From positions 19,616,560 to 19,680,559 of the forward strand of contig NC_134027.1 of NCBI RefSeq assembly GCF_964204645.1: a stretch of DNA of 64,000 bases. The letters are read 5' to 3'. The position numbers and the translations under genes are program-made. The DNA is from Tubulanus polymorphus. Its lineage: Eukaryota > Animalia > Nemertea. This document shows, piece by piece, positions 52,597 through 62,693 of the stretch (its first letter is position 1; every line of letters begins with the position of its first letter). The notes under the pieces were generated by a model. It worked only from the letters and a program-made list of their open reading frames with translations. It was not told where the DNA came from and did no database searches.

Positions 52597-52860
52597 CACC
52601 ACTCATCACGGCTAGGCTCTAGTGAGAACGGACGATTGCTCTGTGATACACATATACAGTGAGTGCGCGTAACAACAACTGCGCGTGGATAGATAGATAC
52701 AGTGAGTCGCTACTGAGAACGGTTATTAACGAGTGTGCTATTACTGTAGTACAGTGATTGCGTGTCAACTGTGCCCGGATAAATAGATGCTGTGAGGCTT
52801 GGGTGAGAACGGTTAATAGCGCGCTTGTTATATACAAGGGGAAGTAATCCCCACTCATCA
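52597..52860. repeat. Putative terminal region (TIR) of the Polinton-like element with ~45/90-bp degenerate tandem repeats
   Basis: GAGAACGG recurs at 52624, 52715 and 52805 and (CA/CT)GTGA(G/T) roughly every 45 bp; GC content is higher than in the element body. Confidence 0.55.
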
Positions 52861-52886
52861 CCACAAGTAATTTGTTTTCCTTATAA

Positions 52887-53186
52887 ATGGGAGATAGAAA
52901 AGCATTCTTAGCAACAATAAATAACAGAATAAAACCAGCAAAAAAACAATTTGAAATAAAAAAGTTAGTTGATGTTACAAAAGAAATTGAACATAAAATA
53001 TTGAAATTAGAAAAGATAAAAACTAAATATGGAGAGAAAGTATCAGCTAATTTAAGCTACTGCAATGTTAGTACATCGCGAGAATTTAAAGTATTTTTAC
53101 CTGATAAATGGGTTTCATTGAGTACAGAGGAATTAAAAGATTTAGAAGGAATTAAAATAATCTATCATGGAAAAAATGAAGAATGA
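52887..53186 (+). CDS. Small Polinton-like virus protein, possibly OB-fold ssDNA-binding
   Basis: 99-aa ORF with a TAAATG start; the TKYG...V...L...VFLP pattern recalls small Maverick proteins. The fold is inferred. Confidence 0.55.
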   Translation: MGDRKAFLATINNRIKPAKKQFEIKKLVDVTKEIEHKILKLEKIKTKYGEKVSANLSYCNVSTSREFKVFLPDKWVSLSTEELKDLEGIKIIYHGKNEE

Positions 53187-53299
53187 TTTAGAAATTGTTG
53201 ATTAAATTAAAAAAAATAAATTAATAAAAATAATGAATATCTAGAATCCGAAATGACTTATCTGGACAATTTAATTGCTCCGCATAGATAGACAAAAGT

Positions 53300-53708
53300 A
53301 GTGAGATATTCAATTAATTGAAAAAAATTATTTTTTTGCTTTTTTCTAAAATATTAATCCATTTTTTTTATTATCAATTTTGGAATTTCAGAAGTATTTT
53401 CATTTTTTATAGCAGTTGTTTCAGAATTATTAATATCGTGAATTTTATTTGATTTCTTATACCAATTACACCCAATCAAAATGAATACAATTACAAATCC
53501 AACTGTAAAATATAGACATTTATCAAATATTCTATCATTAGAAGGAGTAGAAATAACACTATTTTCACCATTTTTATTAACATTTTTATTACTTATTTTT
53601 TCTTTTACAGCTTTTTAATATTCTTGTGATTTAATTCCTAATTGCCGAAACCATTCAATTTGTTTCTGTTGATCTCGGTTTTTTCTTCACTTCTTCCACC
53701 TTGTTCAT
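53300..53708 (-). pseudogene. Viral single-pass membrane protein, frameshifted
   Basis: TAAATG start at 53708 (MNKVEEVKKKPRS), a frameshift, then QKQIEWFRQLG... and a hydrophobic segment LYFTVGFVIVFILIG. The 3' end is approximate. Confidence 0.5.
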
Positions 53709-54246
53709 TTATTGTAGCAAGATTTTTACTTTCAATATTTGAAAATGTTATAACTCCAGTAGATAATAGTGTCATAAATCCACCTAATTGAAACGATAAA
53801 TATCGAATCCACCTATTTAATTCAGTCATAACTAAATAATCATTTTTTAAATCGGAATATAATCTTTTTTCATCTTGAATTGGCAGCATATAATCACATA
53901 ATTTACTATAACTTTTTACTACATTTTCTGATATCGCGTCATTAATTCTAGCTATTCTCGCAGTTTCATGAATCTTAAATAATCTAATAATTTCATCTGA
54001 TTTCATTGTATCTAATTCATTATAAGTTAAATTTTTACTGATAAAATTTTTACATTTTCCAGATGCTATTAATATTTCTAATTGATGTTTACAATAAAGA
54101 TAATATTCATAATTATTATTTGTTGTAACATTATTTAAAGCACCATCATCTGGAGTTAATTTTGTTTCTGTTATTCCTAAATCATCTAAAGTTTTTTCAA
54201 TTGGAACATCACCATTTTTAGATTTTATTTTCTTTTCACCTCCCAT
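53638..54246 (-). CDS. Hypothetical viral protein (202 aa)
   Basis: Intact ORF with a TAAATG start and a hydrophobic segment near the C-terminus. Confidence 0.7.
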   Translation of the reverse strand: MGGEKKIKSKNGDVPIEKTLDDLGITETKLTPDDGALNNVTTNNNYEYYLYCKHQLEILIASGKCKNFISKNLTYNELDTMKSDEIIRLFKIHETARIARINDAISENVVKSYSKLCDYMLPIQDEKRLYSDLKNDYLVMTELNRWIRYLSFQLGGFMTLLSTGVITFSNIESKNLATINEQGGRSEEKTEINRNKLNGFGN

Positions 54247-54278
54247 TTATATAACAAAAAAATTAGTTGTGATGTTGC

Positions 54279-54550
54279 AACTAGAATTTAACTAGAATGT
54301 AACTAAAAATCAACTAGATTAACAAGCTTGTTGAAATATTGTTGTTTTTATTTATTTCTTGTTGAATCTAGTTGATTTTTGTTTTAAATACCAATAACTA
54401 GAATTCAACTAGAATGTAACTAAAAATATACTAGATTAACAAGCTAGTTAAAATATTGTTGTTTTTATTTATTTTTTTGTTCCAACTACCAATAACTAGA
54501 ATTCAACTAGAATGTAACTAAATATGTAATAGATTAACAAGCTAGTTGAA
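54279..54550. repeat. Intergenic repeat array built from AACTAG units, 3 copies
   Basis: AACTAGAATT(T/C)AACTAGAATGTAACTAAA...TAGATTAACAAGCT at 54279, 54396 and 54494. Confidence 0.85.
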
Positions 54551-54551
54551 T

Positions 54552-55115
54552 TTAAATAAATTCATATTTAAATGGGTGTTGTAATCTAAATAGTAATTTT
54601 GATCTTTTAATATTTTTCAACTTATCCATATATTCATTATGTAAATCATGTGGAATAATATCATTTTCCTCAAGTGCATTTTTCATCGATTTTCTATCTT
54701 TTTTGTAGAATAAAACTAGAAATCTAATGTTTTCTCTAAAGACTTTAACAATTGAATTATATTTTTGATTTAAAACCCATGTTGTTATCCCAAAATGTCT
54801 CCCAGAGAAAGCCAGATAACATAACTAATGTATTTGATCCTTTATAAATATCTATTGCTATTTCAATACAATTATCTAAATTTTCTTTTACTGTTTTAGG
54901 ATCTAATATAATAGATTCATTATTTCTAGTAATATTTCTGTCATAAGTTTGATTAAATTCATATGTTGGACAAAATAATACTATATTATCAAAATAGTTT
55001 TTATAAAAAACAGTTTCTAATAAATTTAATATAAAATAAAATAAGTTTTTCCACAATTTGTTACACCAGAAATTAACATATTATGAGGCTCAAATATAAA
55101 TAATTCCTTATTCAT
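54552..55115 (-). pseudogene. A32/FtsK-HerA-family genome packaging ATPase, disrupted
   Basis: Start at 55115 gives MNKELFIFEPHNMLISGVTNCGKT (Walker A). A frameshift leads into ...IVLFCPT..., the Walker B region is missing, and a third frame gives FSGRHFGITTWVLNQKY (GRH arginine-finger motif). Confidence 0.85.
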
Positions 55116-56240
55116 TTATATATTTGTAATTTTACTTGATAATATCCATTCATTGAATTTATCTGGCCATCCAACCCATTTTACGAAAGAATATTTTTTT
55201 GTTTTAATAGTTTTTGTTTTTAATACTTTTTCAATTTTATATTCTCGTCCTAGATTTTCAGTAGTTAAACTTAATTCTTCTTCATAAAAGTAGCCATCAA
55301 CTTCTTCACCATCTAAATCTTCTAATTTATAGACATATGGTTTTGTTGTTATTACCTTTTTTATTTTATATATTTCCCTAGTAAAATTTCGATCGTATCC
55401 TTTGTCAAATATCTTTTTATACTTAGAAATTCTAACATTTTGACCAACTTTAAATTTAGGTTCACCAAAATCATCTACAAGAAATGCTCCATATAAATTA
55501 TTCCAAACAATTTCAGCATTTTCAGGTTTTCTAGCATTAATAGGTTTCATTCCAATAGAAGAATGATAAGAATTATTATATCCTTCTATCAATTTTGGTA
55601 AAACATCAATCCATTTAAAAGTATTATTTGCTGTAAAATATTTCCACATTCTTGTTCTTAATGTTCTATTAAATCGTTCAACAACTGCTGCTATTTTATC
55701 CGATTTTGTTGAAAAATATTTAATATTATGATTATCTAAGAGTTCATGAACAAGTGAATTATCAAATTCTTTTCCATAATCAAATTGTATTTTTTCTGGT
55801 TTTATTTTATCATCCGAAAGAAATTTTCGTAAAACATTTGATGTTTGTACAGCATCTTTTCTATAAAGTGGGAAGCTCCATACATAACGACTAAAAATAT
55901 CAATTATATTCAATAACCACCAATAATCATCATTATCTTTCTTAACATTTTTCATATCAATTAAATCTCCTTGCCACTGTTGATCTACATAACTTACCAT
56001 AGTTTTACGAGTTTTATATTTTCTAACAATTTTTTTATGTGTTGTGTATGTTGGTTGTTCTAACATAAATTCATTTATATCTTTATATTTAACTAAATTT
56101 TGTGGGATTATCTTATCTAATTTATCTTGTTTTACTTGACGCCATATATTTTTAGTGGAAGAATAAGCAACCGAACTCTCAGGGTTGTAATATAAATTTC
56201 TTAAATATTGTTCTTTAGTATTAGGAGTTTTTTTTACCAT
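55116..56240 (-). CDS. Polinton-type retroviral-like (rve) integrase with C-terminal chromodomain
   Basis: DDE residues in WQGDLID, IQFDYGKEF and VVERFNRTL; YNNSYHSSIGMKP; chromodomain YKIEKVL...VKWVGWPDKFNEWI. Confidence 0.93.
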   Translation of the reverse strand: MVKKTPNTKEQYLRNLYYNPESSVAYSSTKNIWRQVKQDKLDKIIPQNLVKYKDINEFMLEQPTYTTHKKIVRKYKTRKTMVSYVDQQWQGDLIDMKNVKKDNDDYWWLLNIIDIFSRYVWSFPLYRKDAVQTSNVLRKFLSDDKIKPEKIQFDYGKEFDNSLVHELLDNHNIKYFSTKSDKIAAVVERFNRTLRTRMWKYFTANNTFKWIDVLPKLIEGYNNSYHSSIGMKPINARKPENAEIVWNNLYGAFLVDDFGEPKFKVGQNVRISKYKKIFDKGYDRNFTREIYKIKKVITTKPYVYKLEDLDGEEVDGYFYEEELSLTTENLGREYKIEKVLKTKTIKTKKYSFVKWVGWPDKFNEWILSSKITNI

Positions 56241-56274
56241 CCATTTATATATCCTTAATTTTAACTTTATATTT

Positions 56275-57522
56275 CTAATATTGAATACTATCTAATTGTG
56301 AATTTACAATATTTAATTGTGCGTCAGATATAATATAAATGCGCATTTTAAAATTTAAGCTTCCTTTTTTCTTTTTCATGAATAATTGTATTCCATCTTT
56401 AGTGTTCTGTAGTTTTTTCCCAGAACCATGTAATGAATTATCCTCTGTTGTTCTAAAATCTAACCATAATGCATATTTATTGCCGGTATAATAATCAATT
56501 TGATTAATATTACAATTTTCAGATGATTTTACTTTTTCATTCATAAAGTGTTTTCTAATTTCAGGCCATTGATCAATCATTCTCATTCCTTGACAAAATA
56601 TTTTATTTGCTATTCCTTCGATAGTTATTTCTACTTTTGTTATTTCAGGATTATAATAATTATCAACATTTATTGCACCATTAGTATATGTTGCAATGGT
56701 AAAAAATATTAATATACCTTTAATAGATCTTCTTGGGAAGTTAATATTCTCATTAATTATTTCATCATTTGCATTAATAGTTACAGTTTTAAATTTATCA
56801 ATATAATCATATAATAATGAAAATCCTTGATTGTATTGAGTTTGAATTGTGCTAGCAATATTTTCATTAGTTACTGTGTTATATTCTAAACATATATTCG
56901 ATAATTTATAACCCATATCTTTAACAACGCTAGATAATACAATTTCATTTACAGGAGCAAATGTTATCTCAAATATAATATCTTCTTGAATTACATATTT
57001 ATATAAAGGTGCGTTATTATTTATCAATTCAAAGTCTAATGGAATTTTATATTTGCTTCCATAAATCTTTTTAATCAAATTATCTGTGGCACGAGTTACT
57101 ATTGCGTCATTAGCTCCTGATCTTAATTTATTATGGTTTTCCGATTGAATGCCTTGAAATATCATATTATTTCCATTTTCTTTAGTTAACCATAAATCTT
57201 TATAATGCATAAATAAATTATAATCATCTAATGAGAAAATTGTTTCTGGACCAATCTTTATAGTTAATTTTTTAATCAAATATCTCCCAACATTATCGAC
57301 AACATAATTATTATCATGACCAGTTACTTTTATATCAGCTGATAAATAAATACTATTTGGAACATAAAAAGTATTTTGTGTTAATCTAGGAATTCTAACA
57401 TATAAAGTTTCATCGGGATTAATATTTGAAGGATTATGTGTAATTATATGATGTGATCTTTCTGCTTTAATAGCATTAGATATTCTAGAAATCTTAGAAG
57501 GACTTATATAACTCCCACTCAT
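56275..57522 (-). CDS. Putative double jelly-roll major capsid protein
   Basis: Intact 415-aa beta-rich ORF next to the integrase and ATPase. Patterns NPS.I.P...LYVRIP, VDNVGRYLIKKLTIKIG, YNPEITKVEITIEG and YALWLDFRT resemble Polinton-like virus MCPs. Confidence 0.78.
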   Translation of the reverse strand: MSGSYISPSKISRISNAIKAERSHHIITHNPSNINPDETLYVRIPRLTQNTFYVPNSIYLSADIKVTGHDNNYVVDNVGRYLIKKLTIKIGPETIFSLDDYNLFMHYKDLWLTKENGNNMIFQGIQSENHNKLRSGANDAIVTRATDNLIKKIYGSKYKIPLDFELINNNAPLYKYVIQEDIIFEITFAPVNEIVLSSVVKDMGYKLSNICLEYNTVTNENIASTIQTQYNQGFSLLYDYIDKFKTVTINANDEIINENINFPRRSIKGILIFFTIATYTNGAINVDNYYNPEITKVEITIEGIANKIFCQGMRMIDQWPEIRKHFMNEKVKSSENCNINQIDYYTGNKYALWLDFRTTEDNSLHGSGKKLQNTKDGIQLFMKKKKGSLNFKMRIYIISDAQLNIVNSQLDSIQY

Positions 57523-57558
57523 TTATTTAACAAAAATTATCTATTTTTGATATCATGT

Positions 57559-59017
57559 TTACTTGATATTTTTTGATATCATATTTACTAACCCAAAAAT
57601 AATAGGACTTACAACTGTAATTAAAAATAAAATAATATGTTCAGCAGCAAAGTTAAGAATATTCCCAGCAGATTTCAATATAAAACCAACAATTGATACA
57701 ATAATTCCTGGTAAAGTTGCAGCAGATTTTTTAGATAGTTCCCATAAATATTTTGCTTATTTTTTCAAACCATCTTTAACTTTATCTTGTATAGAATTAT
57801 TATCATTCGGGGGTTTATCCGGTTTATTTGGAGTAGGAGTAGATTTTAAAGCATTTGATATTGCTAAACCAATTGTTGTAAATAACATAGTTACAGCTGT
57901 TAGAATTGAAAGAATTGTTAGTCCTTCTAATTTAAATAATAACTTTATTCTATCTTTCAATGATATTTCAGAATTTGGTTTTATCAACAAATCTTTAAAA
58001 ATAACTTTTAATCTATTTATATTATAATCATATGATTTTAACAATAATTTAATTTCTTCTTTTTGTAATTCTATGTTATATTCTAAATCATCTTTTTCTT
58101 TTTCTAAACGTAATTCTTTTTTCCTATATTCTATTTCATCAATTACTTGATGATCTAAATCAGACTTTAATTGTTCTATTTCTTTATTTTTTATCAGTTA
58201 ATTCTTATTCTAAAGTTCTAATCTTATTCTTATTCTAAAGTTTAAAATCTCTTATACTTTTATCATGCGCAATTTTATCAGATGCAAGCCTTATACTTTT
58301 AATTTCTCTAATTGCTTCAACAGAAAATATATTATTTAAATCTTCTAATTGTTGATCTGTTGCATCAATTAATCCATTCGGTAAAAGTTTTTCAATTGGA
58401 ACTTTATTTGATTTAAGTTTACTAGTTTTGGAAGTTATATTCTGTTCAGAAGTTGTTTCTGTTTCTGATTTCTTTTTGATTATTTCAAATAATTCATTAA
58501 TTCTTATTTTAAATACGTCTATATTATCAGTTAATTCTTGTTTTATAACATCAGTTATTACGTTACTATTACTAATTCTTTTAATTCTATCTGGTTCTAA
58601 TTTTTCTAAAGTTGATTCTGATAATATTTTGTTTTCACGTTTATAAGTGATATCAATATAATAATCACCTTTCAAATGATAATACCATTTACCATTATCT
58701 AAAAATTTTAATGGATATGCTAAAGGTCCAACGTCTTCATCATTTATGTTAAGTTTAGAATTTTCAATTATACATTCTAATTTAGGTATTTTGTTTAAAT
58801 TATCTAAATCTTGTTTTACTTAATCTGGGTCTAAATTTTCCGGATTTAATTGTGATTCTGCATTTTTAATATAATCAGGGATATTTAAATTATTATTATA
58901 TTCTGGCTCATTACCATCATTAAAACTTGTTTCACTAAAATCAGGTTGTTGTTCATCAGTTATCCCAGGTTCATCTAAAGGATCCATTCCAATATCTTCT
59001 CCACCTTCTACATCCAT
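57559..59017 (-). pseudogene. Large viral coiled-coil protein with C-terminal membrane segments, fragmented
   Basis: TAAATG start at 59017; consecutive fragments (58820-59017, 58235-58675, 57757-58044) end in hydrophobic helices (LTILSILTAVTMLFTTIGLAI; LPGIIVSIVGFIL). Confidence 0.6.
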
Positions 59018-59033
59018 TTATATAATAAAAAAA

Positions 59034-60344
59034 TTAAAATTTAAAATATAATATTCCTCCTATAACAATTCCTATACAAGTTAAAGCTAATTTAGTATTT
59101 TCATGGAATTTATTATCATTAGCAGTTTTAATTATATCATGTTGAATATTATCAGTTTTTATATTTTCTGATGTATTGTAATCTTTTATTTTAGAATCAT
59201 TATGCAATTTAATATTTTTAGTTTTAGTTTCTGTTGATTGAATATGTTTTTTATTTTTTTCACCTTCCATTAATTTTGGAGCAGTAATAATCTTTTTATT
59301 TATATCATTTAATCCAATTGAATTATTTATTGTTGCAGTTTTAATTAGATTATTATAACCAATTATATTTCCCATCTTTAATACTAAATCATTAGAAATA
59401 ATAAATAGATTAGGGCCTATACAATAATTTAATCTAATATGTGATTTATCTAAATAATTTTGATATCTTACAATGTTTTCTGGAATCGATCTATTTTTAT
59501 CATTATGAATGGAATCTTCAAATAATACTTTAAATTGTTTCTGCGCATCAAATGAAGTACTATTATTTCCAACTATTGGTGATCTTGTTTCAACTTGCGC
59601 ACCTAAAATACATATCAAATAAGTTCTAATTGATTGATTTATTCTTTGTATACCAGGTTTTGTAAATCCTTCACTATAAGATTCAATAAAATTAATCCAT
59701 CCATTATTATTATCAATTCTATAATTATGATAAGCTCCAATTCTATGCATATAATCAATTCTTTTTATTTCATACTGTTCACCAACGCCATGTAATCTAC
59801 CATGCGCTCTAAAATCGGAATTAATATTTATATTAAATTCATTACATATTTCATAAAACTTAGATAGATTAAAATTATTATCAAATTCTTTAAAATATTT
59901 CGATCCAGGTAAAGGGCATTCTAATTCATTTAATATTATTCTGATTTGAAAATATGTGTGAAATCTAAATATTGTATGAATGAATTTTAAATCAGAATAT
60001 TTCAAATTTTTATCTAAGTTATTCAAGTGTTCATGCCAACTTACACCACAACCAGTTGTTGCACAATGAAAAGCAAAATTTAATTGATTCTGCCAATATT
60101 TCATATTAGATTTTACTTTATATATATTATATTCATCTCGAGTAAAAGTAACTTCATATGTATTAAATATATTTTCCATTTTAGAAATAAAATAGTTTGT
60201 TTCAGTAACATAAATTTCTAAATTAATCAATGAAGGTAAAACTAAATTTTTATATATTATCATGTTACTAAAATCTATTGCTGGAGTATTATATTTATAA
60301 TATTCATGTGATTTATTATATTGGAAAGCTTTTGGAAACCCCAT
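59034..60344 (-). CDS. Hypothetical viral protein (436 aa) with C-terminal membrane anchor
   Basis: Intact ORF with a TAAATG start; globular core WQNQLNFAFHCATTGCGVS; terminal hydrophobic helix LALTCIGIVIGGILYF. Confidence 0.8.
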   Translation of the reverse strand: MGFPKAFQYNKSHEYYKYNTPAIDFSNMIIYKNLVLPSLINLEIYVTETNYFISKMENIFNTYEVTFTRDEYNIYKVKSNMKYWQNQLNFAFHCATTGCGVSWHEHLNNLDKNLKYSDLKFIHTIFRFHTYFQIRIILNELECPLPGSKYFKEFDNNFNLSKFYEICNEFNININSDFRAHGRLHGVGEQYEIKRIDYMHRIGAYHNYRIDNNNGWINFIESYSEGFTKPGIQRINQSIRTYLICILGAQVETRSPIVGNNSTSFDAQKQFKVLFEDSIHNDKNRSIPENIVRYQNYLDKSHIRLNYCIGPNLFIISNDLVLKMGNIIGYNNLIKTATINNSIGLNDINKKIITAPKLMEGEKNKKHIQSTETKTKNIKLHNDSKIKDYNTSENIKTDNIQHDIIKTANDNKFHENTKLALTCIGIVIGGILYFKF

Positions 60345-60360
60345 TTATATAATAAGAAAA

Positions 60361-60795
60361 TTAATAATTAACTAATTCTTTTAATAATTTATCTTGTTCT
60401 TCAACTGTTATATGACCATTTAAACTTATTATATAATCTAGTGTATTCTTTAATTTATTAATTTCTTTTATATTAGTTTTAATTTTTTCTTTATTACTTT
60501 TTATATTTAATTTTGAACTTATACCAGTTAAAACACTTGAACTTAATCCTAATACACCAATTGATATAGCTAAAGGTGTTAATGGACTGAATATTGCTAG
60601 AAATGTTATTACAGAATTAATTGTAACCGAACCACTAATAATAAGATAATATATAATTTTACTTTTTAAATATTTTTTCTTTTTTATCTTTAAGTCACTT
60701 TCAAATTCTAATATTTGTTTTTCTAAATATATTTTTAATTTAGTTTTATTTATATCATAAGGAATAATATCAATACTATCAACTTTATCTTCCAT
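60361..60795 (-). CDS. Viral two-helix membrane protein (144 aa)
   Basis: Intact ORF with a TAAATG start; two hydrophobic segments flanked by coiled coil. Confidence 0.75.
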   Translation of the reverse strand: MEDKVDSIDIIPYDINKTKLKIYLEKQILEFESDLKIKKKKYLKSKIIYYLIISGSVTINSVITFLAIFSPLTPLAISIGVLGLSSSVLTGISSKLNIKSNKEKIKTNIKEINKLKNTLDYIISLNGHITVEEQDKLLKELVNY

Positions 60796-60814
60796 TTATT
60801 TAGAAAAAAAATTA

Positions 60815-61232
60815 CTAATTAGTAAATTTATATGCTACAAATATAACAATAACTGTTCCGCCTAAAATCCAAATTATTTCATATTTCTGTTGTTCTTTAC
60901 TTGGGGTATAATAATCTGATATTGTAGGTTTATGTAGATGTAATTTTTCTTGTTACTGCGTTATTTAAACTCATTGCATCATCAACTGATTGAAAATCTC
61001 TATGTGAAATCTTCTGATCATATAATTCCTTGTTAATATAATCCATATAGTTTTGTCTCTTTTCTCTGTATTCTTCTGCTGCTTTATTATATTTCTCTAA
61101 TGCTAAGTTATGTCTTTTTTGTTCTGTAAATGATCAATTTTTATCAATATGCTTAAATAAATAACCACCACCAGTAAATGCTAAAGCGTTTACAATTGCC
61201 GATCCTATAATAGTTATAACTGCAGAAGCCAT
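60815..61232 (-). pseudogene. Small viral membrane protein, frameshifted
   Basis: TAAATG start; MASAVITIIGSAIVNALAFTGGGYLF, then a frameshift to EQKRHNLALEKY... and a hydrophobic C-terminus. Confidence 0.6.
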
Positions 61233-61256
61233 TTATTTAGTAAAATAATTATGCAT

Positions 61257-61478
61257 TTATATAGGAGGAATATATTTTTGTTTTTCCAAATAATCAATAG
61301 TTAAATTAGATAAAGTAACTGCTAATGTTAATTTTAAAATATCATTTATATCAAATCTATCAACATTAACACTTCCCATTTTAAATACTTTTTTTAATAC
61401 CAATGAATAACCAACAGTTCCAACTGAAAGTAATGCTCCATTATATAATCCAGTTATTATCCACTTATTATCACTCCT
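61257..61478 (-). pseudogene. Small viral hydrophobic protein (73 aa) with start codon mutated to AGG
   Basis: 74 codons including the stop, beginning in a TAAAGG context where TAAATG is expected; reads SDNKWIITGLYNGALLSVGTVGYSLVL...YIPPI*. Confidence 0.55.
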
Positions 61479-61481
61479 TTA

Positions 61482-61835
61482 TTAATCAAAAAAATTACTA
61501 TCTTCAAAATATTTAGTTATCTTATTTATGATAAATTCAACATTTATTTCATTACTAGTTTCATTTGTATGTATTTCAATTATTATTTTTTTAATATCAT
61601 CGATGATAAAATCTTCATCTAATTCATAAAATCTTAATGACTCTCTAATTAAATTAGTAATCTTTTCTACATTGAAAGTGTCTTTATCTATTGTTTTTTC
61701 ATACTTAAATGTTGTTTCATTAGAAAATGCAATATTTTTGATTTGGGTAATTACATCATTAATGTTAAATTTCATTTCTTTCTCACGTTTAAAATCAAAT
61801 CTCAAACATATACTCGGTCCAACAGTTATATTCAT
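61482..61835 (-). CDS. Hypothetical viral protein (117 aa)
   Basis: Intact ORF with a TAAATG start. Confidence 0.65.
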   Translation of the reverse strand: MNITVGPSICLRFDFKREKEMKFNINDVITQIKNIAFSNETTFKYEKTIDKDTFNVEKITNLIRESLRFYELDEDFIIDDIKKIIIEIHTNETSNEINVEFIINKITKYFEDSNFFD

Positions 61836-61851
61836 TTATATAATGAAAAAA

Positions 61852-62636
61852 TTACTCTTTACATCTTATAACTAATTCATAAATTACGGGAAAGTTATTC
61901 AAATCAATTAAATATCCATTATGATTTCTAATTTCTAATCTAAAATTATTAAAATGCGGAATACAAGGTTTAAAATCACATTCAGCTAAATTATAATTTA
62001 TTTGCGTTCCAAATTGTTGAACGTTCTTCAATGGTAAAATATTTAATATACTAGAATTATAAATTGTATCTTTAGTTGCTTCAAATGTTTTTGTAGGATT
62101 AATTAAATTGCAATAAATATAAAAATGTGTGTAAGGTATTAAGTTTGATCTACCATATGTGTTATCGACAATAAGTTTATCTGGAGGAATTCCTAACAGT
62201 TTAGCAAAAGGTTTTTTAACACGTAAGCATGTCTTCTTGTAAATGAAGCAGGATTCATATTTTCATCATCAAACTTTACTTTAATTTTATTAGAGCTCTC
62301 ACTTTTTATGAATTTAATATTAAATTTAGAATCACTACCTAATATAATCCGAGCTTTTCTATTAATTTCTTGAGATAATGTTTCTAAATTATATAATCCT
62401 GGTGTTAGATAAAATTGATTCCATTCATGTTTAATTTTATCAAAAATAAAAAGGCTTCTATGTTCATCAGTTTTATCTGATATATTATAAAAAGAGTTAC
62501 ATAAACTTATATTAACTAATTTCAAATCAACACAATTCTTAAATTCTCTATCTAATTGAACTAGTAAATAATGTGATTTATAATTTGTAAGTCTTCTAGA
62601 ATCAACATATATTCTGTATTCTTTTAATTCACCCAT
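61852..62636 (-). pseudogene. Putative minor capsid (penton, single jelly-roll) protein, frameshifted
   Basis: N-terminal IYVDS...LDREFKN...NSFYNI...PGLYN; downstream frames give FYIYCNLI and IDLNNFPVIYEL, patterns typical of Polinton/PLV pentons. Confidence 0.68.
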
Positions 62637-62693
62637 TATTTATAACACAAAAAAACTACTCTCATCACCACTAGTAATTTTTTTCCCTAATAA

